A stretch of 64,000 nt of DNA from Patescibacteria group bacterium (GTDB taxonomy: Bacteria > Patescibacteriota > Minisyncoccia > Phycocordibacterales > UBA9973), in the NCBI GenBank assembly GCA_038061755.1, contig JBBTYN010000004.1, positions 3,198 to 67,197 of the forward strand, written 5' to 3'. The number at the start of each line of letters is the position of its first letter. Position 1 is the first letter of the stretch. The notes under the pieces are model-generated. The model searched no databases. It had not been told where the DNA came from and saw only the letters and a list, made by a program, of their open reading frames with translations. Position numbers and translations under genes: made by a program. Positions 38,636 to 49,247 of the stretch are shown here, piece after piece.

Positions 38636-40029
38636 GCGAACTAAAAGAAAAATGTGGAATCGTAGGAATATACGGTAAAGATTTACCTATTTCTCGGTTA
38701 GCTTTTTTTGCTTTATTTGCATTACAACACAGAGGACAAGAAGCATCAGGCATCACCACTAATGATGGAAAAAAATTTCGTACTCATAAAGGCGCAGGAC
38801 TCGTATCTCAAGTATATACAGAAAAAACAATAAAAAAACTGACAGGGTATATAGCCATAGGGCACAATAGATACTCCACTTCCAAAGGGGGAGCACTTCA
38901 TCATGCTCAGCCAGTTGTAAACAAGGATGCTTCTTTTGCCTTAGCGCATAATGGCAACTTACCAAGTATAAAAGCATTAGAAAATTTTCTTTCTTCAAAA
39001 AAAATATTAAAAAAAGATCGTAATGACTCAGAACTTATAGCTGATGCTATAGATTTTTATATAAAAGAGGGTAACTCACTACCAAAATCTATTGAAAAAG
39101 CTTTTCCTTTATTTACTGGGTCTTTTTCTTTAATAATGATGAGTAAAGATACCTTAGTTGCTGTGCGAGACACTTATGGAATGCGTCCACTTGCGATAGG
39201 GAAACTTAATAAAGGTTATGTTATAGCTTCAGAAACATGCGCAATCCAAACTATCGGCGCAACATTTTTAAGAGAAGTAAAACCAGGAGAAATGATTATT
39301 ATAAATAAGGCTGGAATAAAAAGTATACAGTTAGCGCCATCAAATCCAAAACATGACATATTTGAATATGTTTATTTCGCTCGACCAGACAGCTCACTAA
39401 ATGGTAAATTAATTTATGAAGTCAGAAAAAACTTTGGAAAAGCACTTGCTCATGAGTTTAAGAAAAAAGTCGACATTATTGTACCTGTGCCTGATACAGC
39501 AATGCCTGTTGCCTTAGGGTATAGTCAAGCATCTGGCATTCCAATAGAAATGGCTTTGGTGAAAAATCGCTATGTCCATAGAACTTTTATTGAACCCGAT
39601 CAAAAATCTCGCCGGAATAGTGTTGCGCTTAAACTTATACCACTTCCACAAATTTTAAAAGGTAAAAAAATAGTAGTGATAGATGATTCTATAGTTAGGG
39701 GACACACGTGTAAAAAATTAGTTAAAACGTTTTTTAAAGCAGGCGCCAAAGAAGTGCATCTTTTGATCTCTTCTCCACCTATCCGTTATCCAGATTTTTA
39801 TGGTATGGACACACCTAATCAAAATGAATTAATTGCATCATATAAAACAGTAGAGGAAGTTCGTAAATTCATGGGAGCTACATCACTACATTATCTTTCA
39901 CTTGAAGGTTTAATAAAAGCTATTGGCTTACCTAAAGATAAATTATCCACATCATGCTTTACAGGTATTTACCCTATTGATTTAAAAGAACGAAAAAGTG
40001 AAGTACGATACGATGTCTCAACAAAATAA
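38632..40029 (+). CDS. purF: Amidophosphoribosyltransferase.
   Basis: Ntn-hydrolase N-terminus MSELKEKCGIVGIYG and a PRTase domain. Confidence 0.9.
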   Translation: MSELKEKCGIVGIYGKDLPISRLAFFALFALQHRGQEASGITTNDGKKFRTHKGAGLVSQVYTEKTIKKLTGYIAIGHNRYSTSKGGALHHAQPVVNKDASFALAHNGNLPSIKALENFLSSKKILKKDRNDSELIADAIDFYIKEGNSLPKSIEKAFPLFTGSFSLIMMSKDTLVAVRDTYGMRPLAIGKLNKGYVIASETCAIQTIGATFLREVKPGEMIIINKAGIKSIQLAPSNPKHDIFEYVYFARPDSSLNGKLIYEVRKNFGKALAHEFKKKVDIIVPVPDTAMPVALGYSQASGIPIEMALVKNRYVHRTFIEPDQKSRRNSVALKLIPLPQILKGKKIVVIDDSIVRGHTCKKLVKTFFKAGAKEVHLLISSPPIRYPDFYGMDTPNQNELIASYKTVEEVRKFMGATSLHYLSLEGLIKAIGLPKDKLSTSCFTGIYPIDLKERKSEVRYDVSTK

Positions 40030-40633
40030 ACTAAAATTAGTTATATTAATTTCTAATACTGGTACAGGTACCAATCTAAAAGCTATAATTGATGAAGTTA
40101 ATTCTGGTACAATTAAAGCTGAGATTTGTGCGATAATTTCAGATACAAAAGAAGCTCAAGGACTAGAACATGCGCGAAAAAATAATTTAAAAATTGAAAT
40201 TTGTGAAGCCAAAGAAGACCTATTGTCACTTTTAAATAAAATAAGTCCAAATTATATTTGCCTAGCTGGCTGGAAACAAATTATTACAGACGAAGTAATT
40301 TTGGCTTTTCCAAATAAAATTTTAAATTTGCATCCTGGCTTAATTCCAGACATAATTAATGAAAGTGTAAAAAATCCTGATGACACAGAAGCTCTTTGGA
40401 ATAAAGGAATGATGACCATTAAAGCGATCCAGAATTTCTTAGATAAAAAAGCCACCTTCGCTGGTTCTAGTGTTCATTTTTTAACTTTAGAATTTGATTT
40501 TGGTCCTGTGCTGGGAAGAACTTTTGAAAAAATTGAAGATAATGATGATATTGAATCTTTATATGGAAGACTAAAGAAAAAAGAAAATAAGTTATATGTA
40601 GAAGTATTAGAAAAATTGTGTCAAAATAAATAA
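40013..40633 (+). CDS. purN: Phosphoribosylglycinamide formyltransferase.
   Basis: Formyltransferase fold (LVILISNTGTGTNLKAI ... NLHPGLIP). Confidence 0.8.
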   Translation: MSQQNKLKLVILISNTGTGTNLKAIIDEVNSGTIKAEICAIISDTKEAQGLEHARKNNLKIEICEAKEDLLSLLNKISPNYICLAGWKQIITDEVILAFPNKILNLHPGLIPDIINESVKNPDDTEALWNKGMMTIKAIQNFLDKKATFAGSSVHFLTLEFDFGPVLGRTFEKIEDNDDIESLYGRLKKKENKLYVEVLEKLCQNK

Positions 40634-40634
40634 T

Positions 40635-41930
40635 ATGCAAAAACAAAAAATTTTAATAATAGGTTCCGGTGGAAGGGAACATGCTATAGGGTGGAAAGTA
40701 GCGCAATCACCCAAGGCGGGACAAATTTTCTTTGCGCCTGGAAATGGGGGGACAAGTAAAATAGGAATTAATGTAGATATAAAAGCAAATGATATAAAAG
40801 GATTGTTAGAATTTGCAAAAAAAGAAAAAATAGATTTAACATTGGCTTTACCTGACGACCCACTTGCGCTTGGAATTGTAGACGAATTTAAAAAAAATAA
40901 TTTACGTATTTTTGGCCCGACAAAACAAGCTAGTAAAATTGAATGGTCTAAAGCTTTTTCAAAAAATTTTATGCATCAACACAATTTATTAACAGCAAAA
41001 TTTGAAATATTTAATAATTTTGAAAAAGCAAAAAAATATATATCAGAACAATCTTTCCCAGTTGTTATAAAAGCAAGTGGTTTAGCATTGGGAAAAGGTG
41101 TAATCATTTGCCAAAATCTAGAGGAAGCGAATGAAGCGCTAGAAAATATGTTTATAAAAAAAGTTTTTGGGGATGCTGGCAGTATTGTAGTAATAGAAGA
41201 ATTTTTAACTGGTCCAGAAATTTCTATTCATGCATTTTCAGATGGGAAAAATTACAAAATGTTTCCAACTTCTCAGGACCATAAAAAGATAGGAGAAAAT
41301 AATACTGGTTTAAACACTGGTGGAATGGGCACGATCGCTCCGCTCCCTTTTGTGACTGATAAACTTTTAAAAAATATTGAAAAAGATATTGTTATTCCAA
41401 CTATTGAATCAATGAATAAAGATGATAATCCATTTTTAGGTGTGATTTATCCAGGATTAATGCTAACAAAAGATGGCCCAAAAATTCTTGAATACAATGC
41501 GCGTTTTGGCGACCCAGAAACTCAAACATATATGCGACTTTTAGATACAGATATTTTGGATATTTTTAATGCATGTGTTGATGAAAAACTTGATCAAATA
41601 GAGATAAATTGGAGTAAAAAATTCGCTTGCACAATAGTGCTTGCTTCAGGAGGATATCCAGAAAATTATGAAAAAGGTAAAGTAATTTCAGGTATTGAAG
41701 AAGCAGAAATGCAATCTGATATAGTTGTCTTCCACGCTGGCACAAAAATTGTGAGGCAAGACCTCACAACTAATGGCGGGCGAGTATTAGGAGTTTCAGC
41801 TATTGGAAATACTCTAGAAGAAGCACTACAAAAAGCTTACAAAGCTATAGAAAAAATTTCTTTTGAAGGTATGCAATACCGCAAAGATATCGGTCAATCT
41901 GCATTAAAAATACCTATTTATCCCAATTAA
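40635..41930 (+). CDS. purD: Phosphoribosylamine--glycine ligase.
   Basis: ATP-grasp GARS domains (ILIIGSGGREHAIGWK). Confidence 0.9.
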   Translation: MQKQKILIIGSGGREHAIGWKVAQSPKAGQIFFAPGNGGTSKIGINVDIKANDIKGLLEFAKKEKIDLTLALPDDPLALGIVDEFKKNNLRIFGPTKQASKIEWSKAFSKNFMHQHNLLTAKFEIFNNFEKAKKYISEQSFPVVIKASGLALGKGVIICQNLEEANEALENMFIKKVFGDAGSIVVIEEFLTGPEISIHAFSDGKNYKMFPTSQDHKKIGENNTGLNTGGMGTIAPLPFVTDKLLKNIEKDIVIPTIESMNKDDNPFLGVIYPGLMLTKDGPKILEYNARFGDPETQTYMRLLDTDILDIFNACVDEKLDQIEINWSKKFACTIVLASGGYPENYEKGKVISGIEEAEMQSDIVVFHAGTKIVRQDLTTNGGRVLGVSAIGNTLEEALQKAYKAIEKISFEGMQYRKDIGQSALKIPIYPN

Positions 41931-43263
41931 AGAATTGTTCTCGATCTGGTCCTGTACCAACGGAGATGATTTTTATATTTAGGTCAGAAAGTTTATTTTT
42001 TATATATTTCAAATAAGAGATAAGTTCTTTGGAAACCTTTTTTTTATTATTCACCCCATAATTTTTCTCACCCCAGCCATTTATATTATCTGTTACCACT
42101 TCTGTCACCTGATTTAAATAAAGTGGAAATTCTTTTAGAGTTTTTGTTTTATTTTTTTCTTTAGTTTTATATCCAGTTACAACTTTTATTTTATCACTCA
42201 AACAAATATCAGCTTTATTGATAAAAATTCTATTAGCGCCAGAAAGTTCTATGGCATAACGTAAAGCAAATAAATCAAGCCAACCACACATTCGCGGACG
42301 GCCAGTGGTCGATCCAAATTCCTGCCCAGCATTTTGAAAAAGTTTCTCTAAAGTTTCGTCTTTTATTCTAGCTGGAAAACTTCCACCACCTACTTTTGTT
42401 GTGTAAGCTTTTATCACACCATATATATTCCGTATGTAAGTATGAGGAACACCCAAGCCTAAACATACACTAGCTGGTAGGGTATTAGAACTTGTCACAT
42501 TTGGATAATCTCCAAAATCAATATCAAGCATCACAGCCTGCGCGCCTTCAGCTAAAATATTTTTTCCTTCTTTCAGCTTTTTTTGTATTAAAGAAGATAA
42601 AATACAAATCTTAAGTTTCTTTATTTCTTTTACAGCTTTCCACCATTTTTCCTTTGCTTCTTTTATTTTTTTAAAATCAATTTCAAAACCATATTTTTCT
42701 TGATACATCTTTAAAACATTAATATGAAATTCTGACAAAATTTCTTCTTTTTGTTTAAAATCTGGTGACAATATATCGCCAATTAAAAACGCTCTTCTTG
42801 CTCGGACATCACTATAAGCTGGGCCTATGCCCCTTAAAGTAGTTCCTACTTTTGTTTCTAATTTTCCACTCAATTTACCTCTGCGATATTCCTCTGCTTG
42901 ATCTAAAAATGGATGCAAATATGAGACTAACTTTGCGCGGTTTGAAATATAAAGACGAGAAATAACATTGAACCCCAGACTTTTTAATTGGGAAATTTCT
43001 TCGACTAAAGATACTGCATCCACCACAACACCATTACCGATATATAATTCTATATCCTTATGGAGACAACCAGACGGAAGAATATGTCCAATAAAAGTAG
43101 TCTTGCCTAATTTAAGAGTGTGTCCTGCATTTGCCCCTCCTTGAAAACGCGCTACCCCGGAATAAATACCAGAAGACAAAAGTTGATCTATATTTTTACC
43201 TTTTCCTTCATCTCCCCACTGAAGACCTACAACCACATCTATAAAACCATTTTTATTATTCAT
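41914..43263 (-). CDS. purA: Adenylosuccinate synthetase.
   Basis: GDEGKGK P-loop and GGANAGHT motif. Confidence 0.9.
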   Translation of the reverse strand: MNNKNGFIDVVVGLQWGDEGKGKNIDQLLSSGIYSGVARFQGGANAGHTLKLGKTTFIGHILPSGCLHKDIELYIGNGVVVDAVSLVEEISQLKSLGFNVISRLYISNRAKLVSYLHPFLDQAEEYRRGKLSGKLETKVGTTLRGIGPAYSDVRARRAFLIGDILSPDFKQKEEILSEFHINVLKMYQEKYGFEIDFKKIKEAKEKWWKAVKEIKKLKICILSSLIQKKLKEGKNILAEGAQAVMLDIDFGDYPNVTSSNTLPASVCLGLGVPHTYIRNIYGVIKAYTTKVGGGSFPARIKDETLEKLFQNAGQEFGSTTGRPRMCGWLDLFALRYAIELSGANRIFINKADICLSDKIKVVTGYKTKEKNKTKTLKEFPLYLNQVTEVVTDNINGWGEKNYGVNNKKKVSKELISYLKYIKNKLSDLNIKIISVGTGPDREQFFNWDK

Positions 43264-43277
43264 ATAAAAAATAAAAA

Positions 43278-44780
43278 TTACTGTCCTACACTATAATTAG
43301 GAGACTCTTTGGTAATTATAACATCATGAGGATGACTTTCTTTTATACCAGAATTAGTAATCCTGACAAATCTTGCTTTATCTTGAAGAGTTTTTATATT
43401 TTCCGCTCCGCAATATCCCATACCAGCTCGAAATCCTCCCACAAGCTGATAAATTACTTCTGAAAGTCCGCCCTTAAAAGAAACTCTACCAACAATTCCT
43501 TCTGGCACAAGTTTTTTTATGTCATCTTCCATATCTTGAAAATATCTATCTTTAGAACCTAGTTGCATAGCCTCAATAGAACCCATCCCGCGATAAGTTT
43601 TATATTTTCTAGATTCAAAAATGATTACCTCCCCAGGAGATTCTTCAACTCCAGCAAATAAGGAACCAACCATAACAGAACTTGCTCCTGCTGCTATTGC
43701 TTTAGTAATATCTCCTGTGTGTTTTATGCCACCATCAGCGATAACTGGCACACCTGAACCCTTTATAGCTTTCGCTACCTCATACACAGCAGAAAATTGA
43801 GGATAGCCTACACCAGCAATTATCCGAGTAGTACAAATTGAACCTGGGCCAATACCAACTTTTACGGCATCTGCTCCAGCTTTAACTAAAGCTAACGCCG
43901 CTTCTTCTGTAGCGATATTCCCAACAATAACTTCTAATTTAGGAAATTCTTTTTTTATTTTCTTCAACATTTCAATTACTCCTTTTGAGTGACCATGAGC
44001 AGTATCAATAACTATTACATCCACTCCATTTTGCACAAGTGCTTTAACTCTCTCTCCTGTATCATTTGATACTCCTATCGCTGCGCCAACACGCAAACGA
44101 CCTAAATTATCTCGAGAAGATTTTGGGCGAGACCTTACTTTCATTATATCTTTATAAGTAATTAGACCAATAAGTCTGTTTTTATTATCAACTAAAGGCA
44201 ATTTTTCAACTTTATATTCTGTTAAAATCTTTTCAGCTTCTTTTAAATCCGTGCCGATACTACCAGTTATTAAGTTTGTTTTTGTCATCACTTCTCCCAC
44301 AGAAAGTTCTAAATTTTCTTGAAATCTCAAATCACGATTAGTTAAAATTCCCTTTAATTCCATATTTTTACCAACTATTGGAATTCCGCCAATTTTATTT
44401 TCTTTCATTATGGTTAAAGCTTCACGAAGCAAAGCTTCTTCCGTTAAAGTTATAGGGTCATGAATCATCCCGCTCTCAGAACGCTTTACCTTACGCACTT
44501 CAGCTGTCTGTTTTTCAATAGTCATATTCTTATGAATAATTCCTATCCCTCCCTCTTGAGCCATTGCTATTGCCATATCTCCTTCAGTTACCATATCCAT
44601 AGCAGCAGAAACAATCGGAACACTGAGTGTTATTTTTTTAGTAAGCTTTGAAGAAATATCAACATCGCGAGGTAAAACTTCAGAGTATTGTGGCACAAGT
44701 AAAACATCGTCATACGTCAAGCCTTCTTTAAAATTTTCTCGCTGTATTTTTATTTTGTTTTTTTCTACTTTCAAAGCCAT
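43278..44780 (-). CDS. guaB: IMP dehydrogenase.
   Basis: TIM barrel with a CBS pair; active-site loop [11 protein letters not shown]. Confidence 0.95.
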   Translation of the reverse strand: MALKVEKNKIKIQRENFKEGLTYDDVLLVPQYSEVLPRDVDISSKLTKKITLSVPIVSAAMDMVTEGDMAIAMAQEGGIGIIHKNMTIEKQTAEVRKVKRSESGMIHDPITLTEEALLREALTIMKENKIGGIPIVGKNMELKGILTNRDLRFQENLELSVGEVMTKTNLITGSIGTDLKEAEKILTEYKVEKLPLVDNKNRLIGLITYKDIMKVRSRPKSSRDNLGRLRVGAAIGVSNDTGERVKALVQNGVDVIVIDTAHGHSKGVIEMLKKIKKEFPKLEVIVGNIATEEAALALVKAGADAVKVGIGPGSICTTRIIAGVGYPQFSAVYEVAKAIKGSGVPVIADGGIKHTGDITKAIAAGASSVMVGSLFAGVEESPGEVIIFESRKYKTYRGMGSIEAMQLGSKDRYFQDMEDDIKKLVPEGIVGRVSFKGGLSEVIYQLVGGFRAGMGYCGAENIKTLQDKARFVRITNSGIKESHPHDVIITKESPNYSVGQ

Positions 44781-44805
44781 AATATATCGTGTATACTACC
44801 ATACT

Positions 44806-46362
44806 ATGAATGATATACAAATCCTTATTGTGGACTATGGGTCGCAATATACACTAATTATCGGTAGAACTTTGCGGGAACTCGGAGTACGAAGCATAAT
44901 ATTACCACTAAACAAAGTTGACGGGTGGCTTAAAAATAATATACCTAAAGCGGTCATTCTCTCTGGTAGTAATTGGAGCGTTCACAACGAAGGTGCGCCA
45001 GAGCTTCCTAAAATACTTAATGCTACTCTCAAAAATAATAACAAAAAATATTTAATTCTAGGAATCTGTTATGGTATGCAACTTCTAGCGCACAAACAGG
45101 ACGGCATCGTCGCAAGACCACTTGATCATCGTGAATATGGACCAGCTACAGTAACATTAAATACAACACATCCTCTTTTTAATGGTGTTCCAAAAAAGAC
45201 CAAAGTCTGGGCAAGCCATGGAGACACTGTCACCAAACTTCCTAAAGGTTTTACTTCTATCGCCACCTCAGGTGGAATTGCTGCTATGAGCAACAAAGAC
45301 AATAATATATTTGGAATCCAATTTCATCCAGAAGTTGTTGATACCAAAGAAGGAAAAAAAATATTACAGAATTTTTTAAATATGGCTAATTGTAAAAAAG
45401 ATTGGAATCCGATAAATTTAATTCATGAAATTCAAAAAGAAGTATTGGATATTGTAGGAGAAAAACCTGCCCGCCGTGGCGGGGAAAAAGTTATCTTAGG
45501 AGTTTCAGGTGGAGTAGATTCCACTACTTTAGCTGCAATCCTTGCACCAGTTTTAGGGCGTAGGCTCATTTGTATAGCCATAGATACTGGGGGACTAAGG
45601 CAAGGTGAGATAATAGAATTAAAAAGTAATACTAAAAGTGCCGGCATAACAAGTCTTAAAATAATTTCTGCTGGAGATAAATTTATAAAAAATATTAGTA
45701 CCACAATTGATGGGGAAGAAAAACGCGCGAAATTTCGTAATGTATATAAAAGAATATTTGAAGAACAAATAAAAAAAGCGGGCGCAAAGTTTATAGTTCA
45801 AGGAACTTTAGCAACAGATATTATTGAGAGTGGAAAAATAGGGGAGTCAGCAATGATTAAGACTCATCACAATGTAGGTCTTAATTGGAAAGTAGAAGAT
45901 TTGCATCCTTTTAGAAATTTATTTAAATATGAAGTACGAGAATTAGCTCGCGTACTAAAACTTCCAAAGGTCATCTCTGAGCGCAATCCCTTTCCTGGTC
46001 CTGGTTTGTTTTTAAGAATTGTTGGCACGCCAGTCTCAAAAGAAAAACTTAATCTTGTACGAGAAGCGGATAAAACTGTAGCAGATATATTAAAAAAATA
46101 TGATATCGACAAAGATATTTCCCAACTCATTGTCGCCCTTCTTGGTGTTAATTCTGTCGGCGTAAAAGGCGACGAACGTGTTTATGGACACTCACTCGCT
46201 ATTCGTGCTGTGCAAACAGTAGATTTTATGACAGCCAAAGGCTATTATTTTCCGGAAGTGGTAATGGAAGAAATTACAAATACTCTCACTAAACATAAAG
46301 ACATAGTTCGTGTATTTTTTGACATGACCCCTAAACCTCCAGCAACAACCGAATTTGAGTAA
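44806..46362 (+). CDS. guaA: GMP synthase (glutamine-hydrolysing).
   Basis: GATase N-terminus (ILIVDYGSQYT...GICYGMQ) and an ATP-PPase SGGVDS motif. Confidence 0.95.
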   Translation: MNDIQILIVDYGSQYTLIIGRTLRELGVRSIILPLNKVDGWLKNNIPKAVILSGSNWSVHNEGAPELPKILNATLKNNNKKYLILGICYGMQLLAHKQDGIVARPLDHREYGPATVTLNTTHPLFNGVPKKTKVWASHGDTVTKLPKGFTSIATSGGIAAMSNKDNNIFGIQFHPEVVDTKEGKKILQNFLNMANCKKDWNPINLIHEIQKEVLDIVGEKPARRGGEKVILGVSGGVDSTTLAAILAPVLGRRLICIAIDTGGLRQGEIIELKSNTKSAGITSLKIISAGDKFIKNISTTIDGEEKRAKFRNVYKRIFEEQIKKAGAKFIVQGTLATDIIESGKIGESAMIKTHHNVGLNWKVEDLHPFRNLFKYEVRELARVLKLPKVISERNPFPGPGLFLRIVGTPVSKEKLNLVREADKTVADILKKYDIDKDISQLIVALLGVNSVGVKGDERVYGHSLAIRAVQTVDFMTAKGYYFPEVVMEEITNTLTKHKDIVRVFFDMTPKPPATTEFE

Positions 46363-46377
46363 TCTAATCAAAATAAA

Positions 46378-47925
46378 ATGATAAAAGAAAATAAAAAAAT
46401 AAAATCAGCTTTAATTTCAGTTTTTAATAAAGATGGACTTGAAGAAATTGTAAAACTTCTTCATAGGCATAATGTAAAAATTATTTCTACTGGTGGTACG
46501 GCAGAATTTATTCGCAAACTTAGTGTACCAGTAACTGAAGTAGAAGAAATCACAAATTATCCTGCCTTATTTGGTGGTAGAGTTAAAACACTGCAACCAC
46601 AAATTTTTGGCGGGATTTTAAATCGCCGAGATAATGTAAATGATATAAAAGAAAAAGTGGAGCACAAAATAGAAGACATTGATTTGGTAATCGTAGACCT
46701 ATATCCATTTGAAGAAACTCTAGCTAGTGGAGCTAATGAGGAAGAAATTATTGAAAAAATAGACATCGGCGGAGTATCTTTAATTCGCGCAGCGGCGAAA
46801 AATTTTAATGATGTCGTAGTGATTCCTTCAAAACATCAATATGAAGAATTAAAAAATATTTTAAAAATAAGTGACACTACGACATTAGAACAACGCAAAA
46901 AATTTGCAGGCAATGCATTTGAAGTGACAAGTATTTACGATAGTGCTATTCGTGGGTATTTTCAACCTTTGCCAAAGATGCCCTTTGACATATTGATGTC
47001 AAAGGGCATCTTTGGCAATATCCCGCTGCGCTATGGAGAAAACCCACACCAAAGAGCAAAATTTATAGGTAATTTAGAAGAGAGTTTTATACAACTTCAT
47101 GGAAAAGAGCTTTCTTATAATAATTTGATGGATACTGAAGCTGCCATTATGACCGTTTATGATTTTAGAGATCCTGCTTTCGCTATTGTTAAACATATGA
47201 ATACTTGCGGTCTGGCTGTTAGGGAAGAAGGACATTTATTTGAGGCGTATCAAGCAGCTTATAATGCCGACCCACTTTCAGCTTTTGGTGGAGTATTAAC
47301 AGCTAATAGAATTATTGAGGAAGACATCGCTAAACTTATCAAGGAACAAAAACTTTTTATAGAAGTAATTATTGCGCCAGATTTTTCAAAAGAAGCTTTA
47401 AATATTTTAATGGAGAAAAAGGATTGTAGAATTTTGAGGTGGAAAAAACCAAACCTTCCGCTAAAACAAAACAAGACTTGCTTTACTGGAATTCTGTCGC
47501 AAGATCGAGATACTCATATAGAAAGTGAGACAGATTTAAAAGTGACAACTAAGCGTGAACCAACAGAGCAAGAGAAAAAGGATTTACTCATTGCTGCAGT
47601 AATAACGAAACATTTAAAATCTAATGCTATCGCTTTAGTAAAAGATGGAACACTTCTTTCAATGGGTTGTGGACAAACTTCACGCATTGATGCATTAAAA
47701 CAAGCTATTGATAAAGCCAAAAAATTTAAATTTTCACTCAAGGGTGCTGTTATGTCATCTGAAGCATTTTTCCCATTTCCTGATTGCGTAGAGATGGCAG
47801 GGGAAGAAGGTATAACTGCTGTACTTCATCCTGGAGGTTCAAAGAATGATCAAACATCCATAGATATGGCAAATAAATACAAAATGGCAATGGTAACAAC
47901 TGGCTTTAGACATTTTAAGCATTGA
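46378..47925 (+). CDS. purH: Bifunctional AICAR transformylase / IMP cyclohydrolase. It carries an in-frame copy of the palindromic element at 46971..47016.
   Basis: MGS-like N-terminal domain and an AICARFT domain (LRYGENPHQ). Confidence 0.9.
   Translation: MIKENKKIKSALISVFNKDGLEEIVKLLHRHNVKIISTGGTAEFIRKLSVPVTEVEEITNYPALFGGRVKTLQPQIFGGILNRRDNVNDIKEKVEHKIEDIDLVIVDLYPFEETLASGANEEEIIEKIDIGGVSLIRAAAKNFNDVVVIPSKHQYEELKNILKISDTTTLEQRKKFAGNAFEVTSIYDSAIRGYFQPLPKMPFDILMSKGIFGNIPLRYGENPHQRAKFIGNLEESFIQLHGKELSYNNLMDTEAAIMTVYDFRDPAFAIVKHMNTCGLAVREEGHLFEAYQAAYNADPLSAFGGVLTANRIIEEDIAKLIKEQKLFIEVIIAPDFSKEALNILMEKKDCRILRWKKPNLPLKQNKTCFTGILSQDRDTHIESETDLKVTTKREPTEQEKKDLLIAAVITKHLKSNAIALVKDGTLLSMGCGQTSRIDALKQAIDKAKKFKFSLKGAVMSSEAFFPFPDCVEMAGEEGITAVLHPGGSKNDQTSIDMANKYKMAMVTTGFRHFKH
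46971..47016. repeat. Nested palindromic element, copy 4, variant B. It lies inside the purH ORF at the inter-domain linker and is translated as LPKMPFDILMSKGIFG.
   Basis: gccaaagatgccctttgacat-attg-atgtcaaagggcatctttggc with 21-bp perfect arms. The ORF is left open. Confidence 0.9.
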
Positions 47926-47974
47926 CATTTCAATAAAAGTGTGACACAATGCTCAGAGAATAGCGATTTGAGAT

Positions 47975-48000
47975 AATCTCAGAAATGAGATTTTATTTTT
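47975..48000 (+). terminator. Intrinsic terminator after purH.
   Basis: aatctca-gaaa-tgagatt followed by ttttattttt. Confidence 0.6.
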
Positions 48001-48028
48001 GTTCTACATAATAAAAAAGGAGAGTGAA

Positions 48029-48613
48029 ATGAAAAAATTATTTTTAACGGTGGTGGTTGTGGCCATATTAGCATTTTCAATTTCTTGCCGGGCGGACGAA
48101 GTGTCACTAGTGAGAATTAATGTTGTCAAAAAAACCGCTGGATTTGTCGCTGGATTTGCGTCCGGATTAGGTTTTCACGAGCTTGGACATGAAGCCATGG
48201 CTAAACTTGAAGGAGCGGAAATGCACTGGAGTGATACGAACTGGAGTACCAATGCATCCCCAGCGACCTTGCGAAACATTGCCATTGCCGGTTTCGGGGC
48301 TCAAATATTGAGCACTGAAGTTATGCTGGGAACTAACATCATCCCAAAAGACAACTCGTTTGTCTTGGGATGGTTGACTTTCAACATACTGAATACCGTA
48401 CAGTATGTTGTAACAGATAATTTGCGAAATGGAGGTTACGGAGATTTTGAGACTCTCCGTAATAACGGAGGAAATACGGATTTGGTAAAAATCGGACTAT
48501 TGGTGCACGCAGTATTGAGCGCCTACCGACTCTATAAAAATCCAAAATTTATTCCGTATGTCAGCGCGACCAAGGATGAGTTTGTCCTTGGACTAGCATG
48601 GAAATGGGATTAA
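48029..48613 (+). CDS. Secreted or lipoprotein-like protein with an HExxH motif (putative Zn-metallopeptidase-like). It is GC-rich and inserted between purH and purE.
   Basis: Strong SD AAAGGAG. Signal peptide with a Cys (MKKLFLTVVVVAILAFSISC) and a HELGHE motif. GC is about 43% versus about 32% locally. Confidence 0.6.
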   Translation: MKKLFLTVVVVAILAFSISCRADEVSLVRINVVKKTAGFVAGFASGLGFHELGHEAMAKLEGAEMHWSDTNWSTNASPATLRNIAIAGFGAQILSTEVMLGTNIIPKDNSFVLGWLTFNILNTVQYVVTDNLRNGGYGDFETLRNNGGNTDLVKIGLLVHAVLSAYRLYKNPKFIPYVSATKDEFVLGLAWKWD

Positions 48614-48709
48614 TCTTAACTATCAAACAGCCAGTACACTCGAAAGGAGGAAAATGTATTGGCTGTTTTAATTTGTTTTATATTGAAAAAATGATAAGAT
48701 AAAATTACT

Positions 48710-49246
48710 ATGAAAAATCTAAAAGTTGGTATAGTTATGGGTTCAGATTCAGATTTGGAAATAATGACGGAAGCGGCAAAAATTCTTGAAGAATTTAATG
48801 TGCATTATGAAATGACTGTAGCTTCTGCGCATCGAAGTCCTGATTTAGTACATAAATACACAACCAGTGCAAAATCTCGCGGATTGAAAATTATTATTGC
48901 TGGTGCAGGTGGAGCAGCGCATTTAGCAGGAGTTATCGCATCACTGACGACTCTTCCTATTATCGGTGTCCCAATTAAATCAAAATATTTAAAAGGACTT
49001 GATTCTTTATTTTCTACTGTCCAAATGCCTCCAGGTGTACCAGTAGCCACTGTCGGAATTAATGCAGGGAAAAATGCTGGACTTTTAGCTTTACAAATAC
49101 TTGCAACAGGTGATAAAAATTTAGAAAAAAAATTAGTTGCCTATAAAAATAAAATGAGTAGTGAAGTGAAAGCAAAAGGAGAAAAACTTTTAAAAGTTGG
49201 ATATAAAAAATATCTATCTGCGCAGGAAAGTTTAGAAAATAAATAA
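48710..49246 (+). CDS. purE: PurE (N5-CAIR mutase or class II AIR carboxylase). No purK is found in the window.
   Basis: [14 protein letters not shown] motif. Confidence 0.9.
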   Translation: MKNLKVGIVMGSDSDLEIMTEAAKILEEFNVHYEMTVASAHRSPDLVHKYTTSAKSRGLKIIIAGAGGAAHLAGVIASLTTLPIIGVPIKSKYLKGLDSLFSTVQMPPGVPVATVGINAGKNAGLLALQILATGDKNLEKKLVAYKNKMSSEVKAKGEKLLKVGYKKYLSAQESLENK

Positions 49247-49247
49247 G

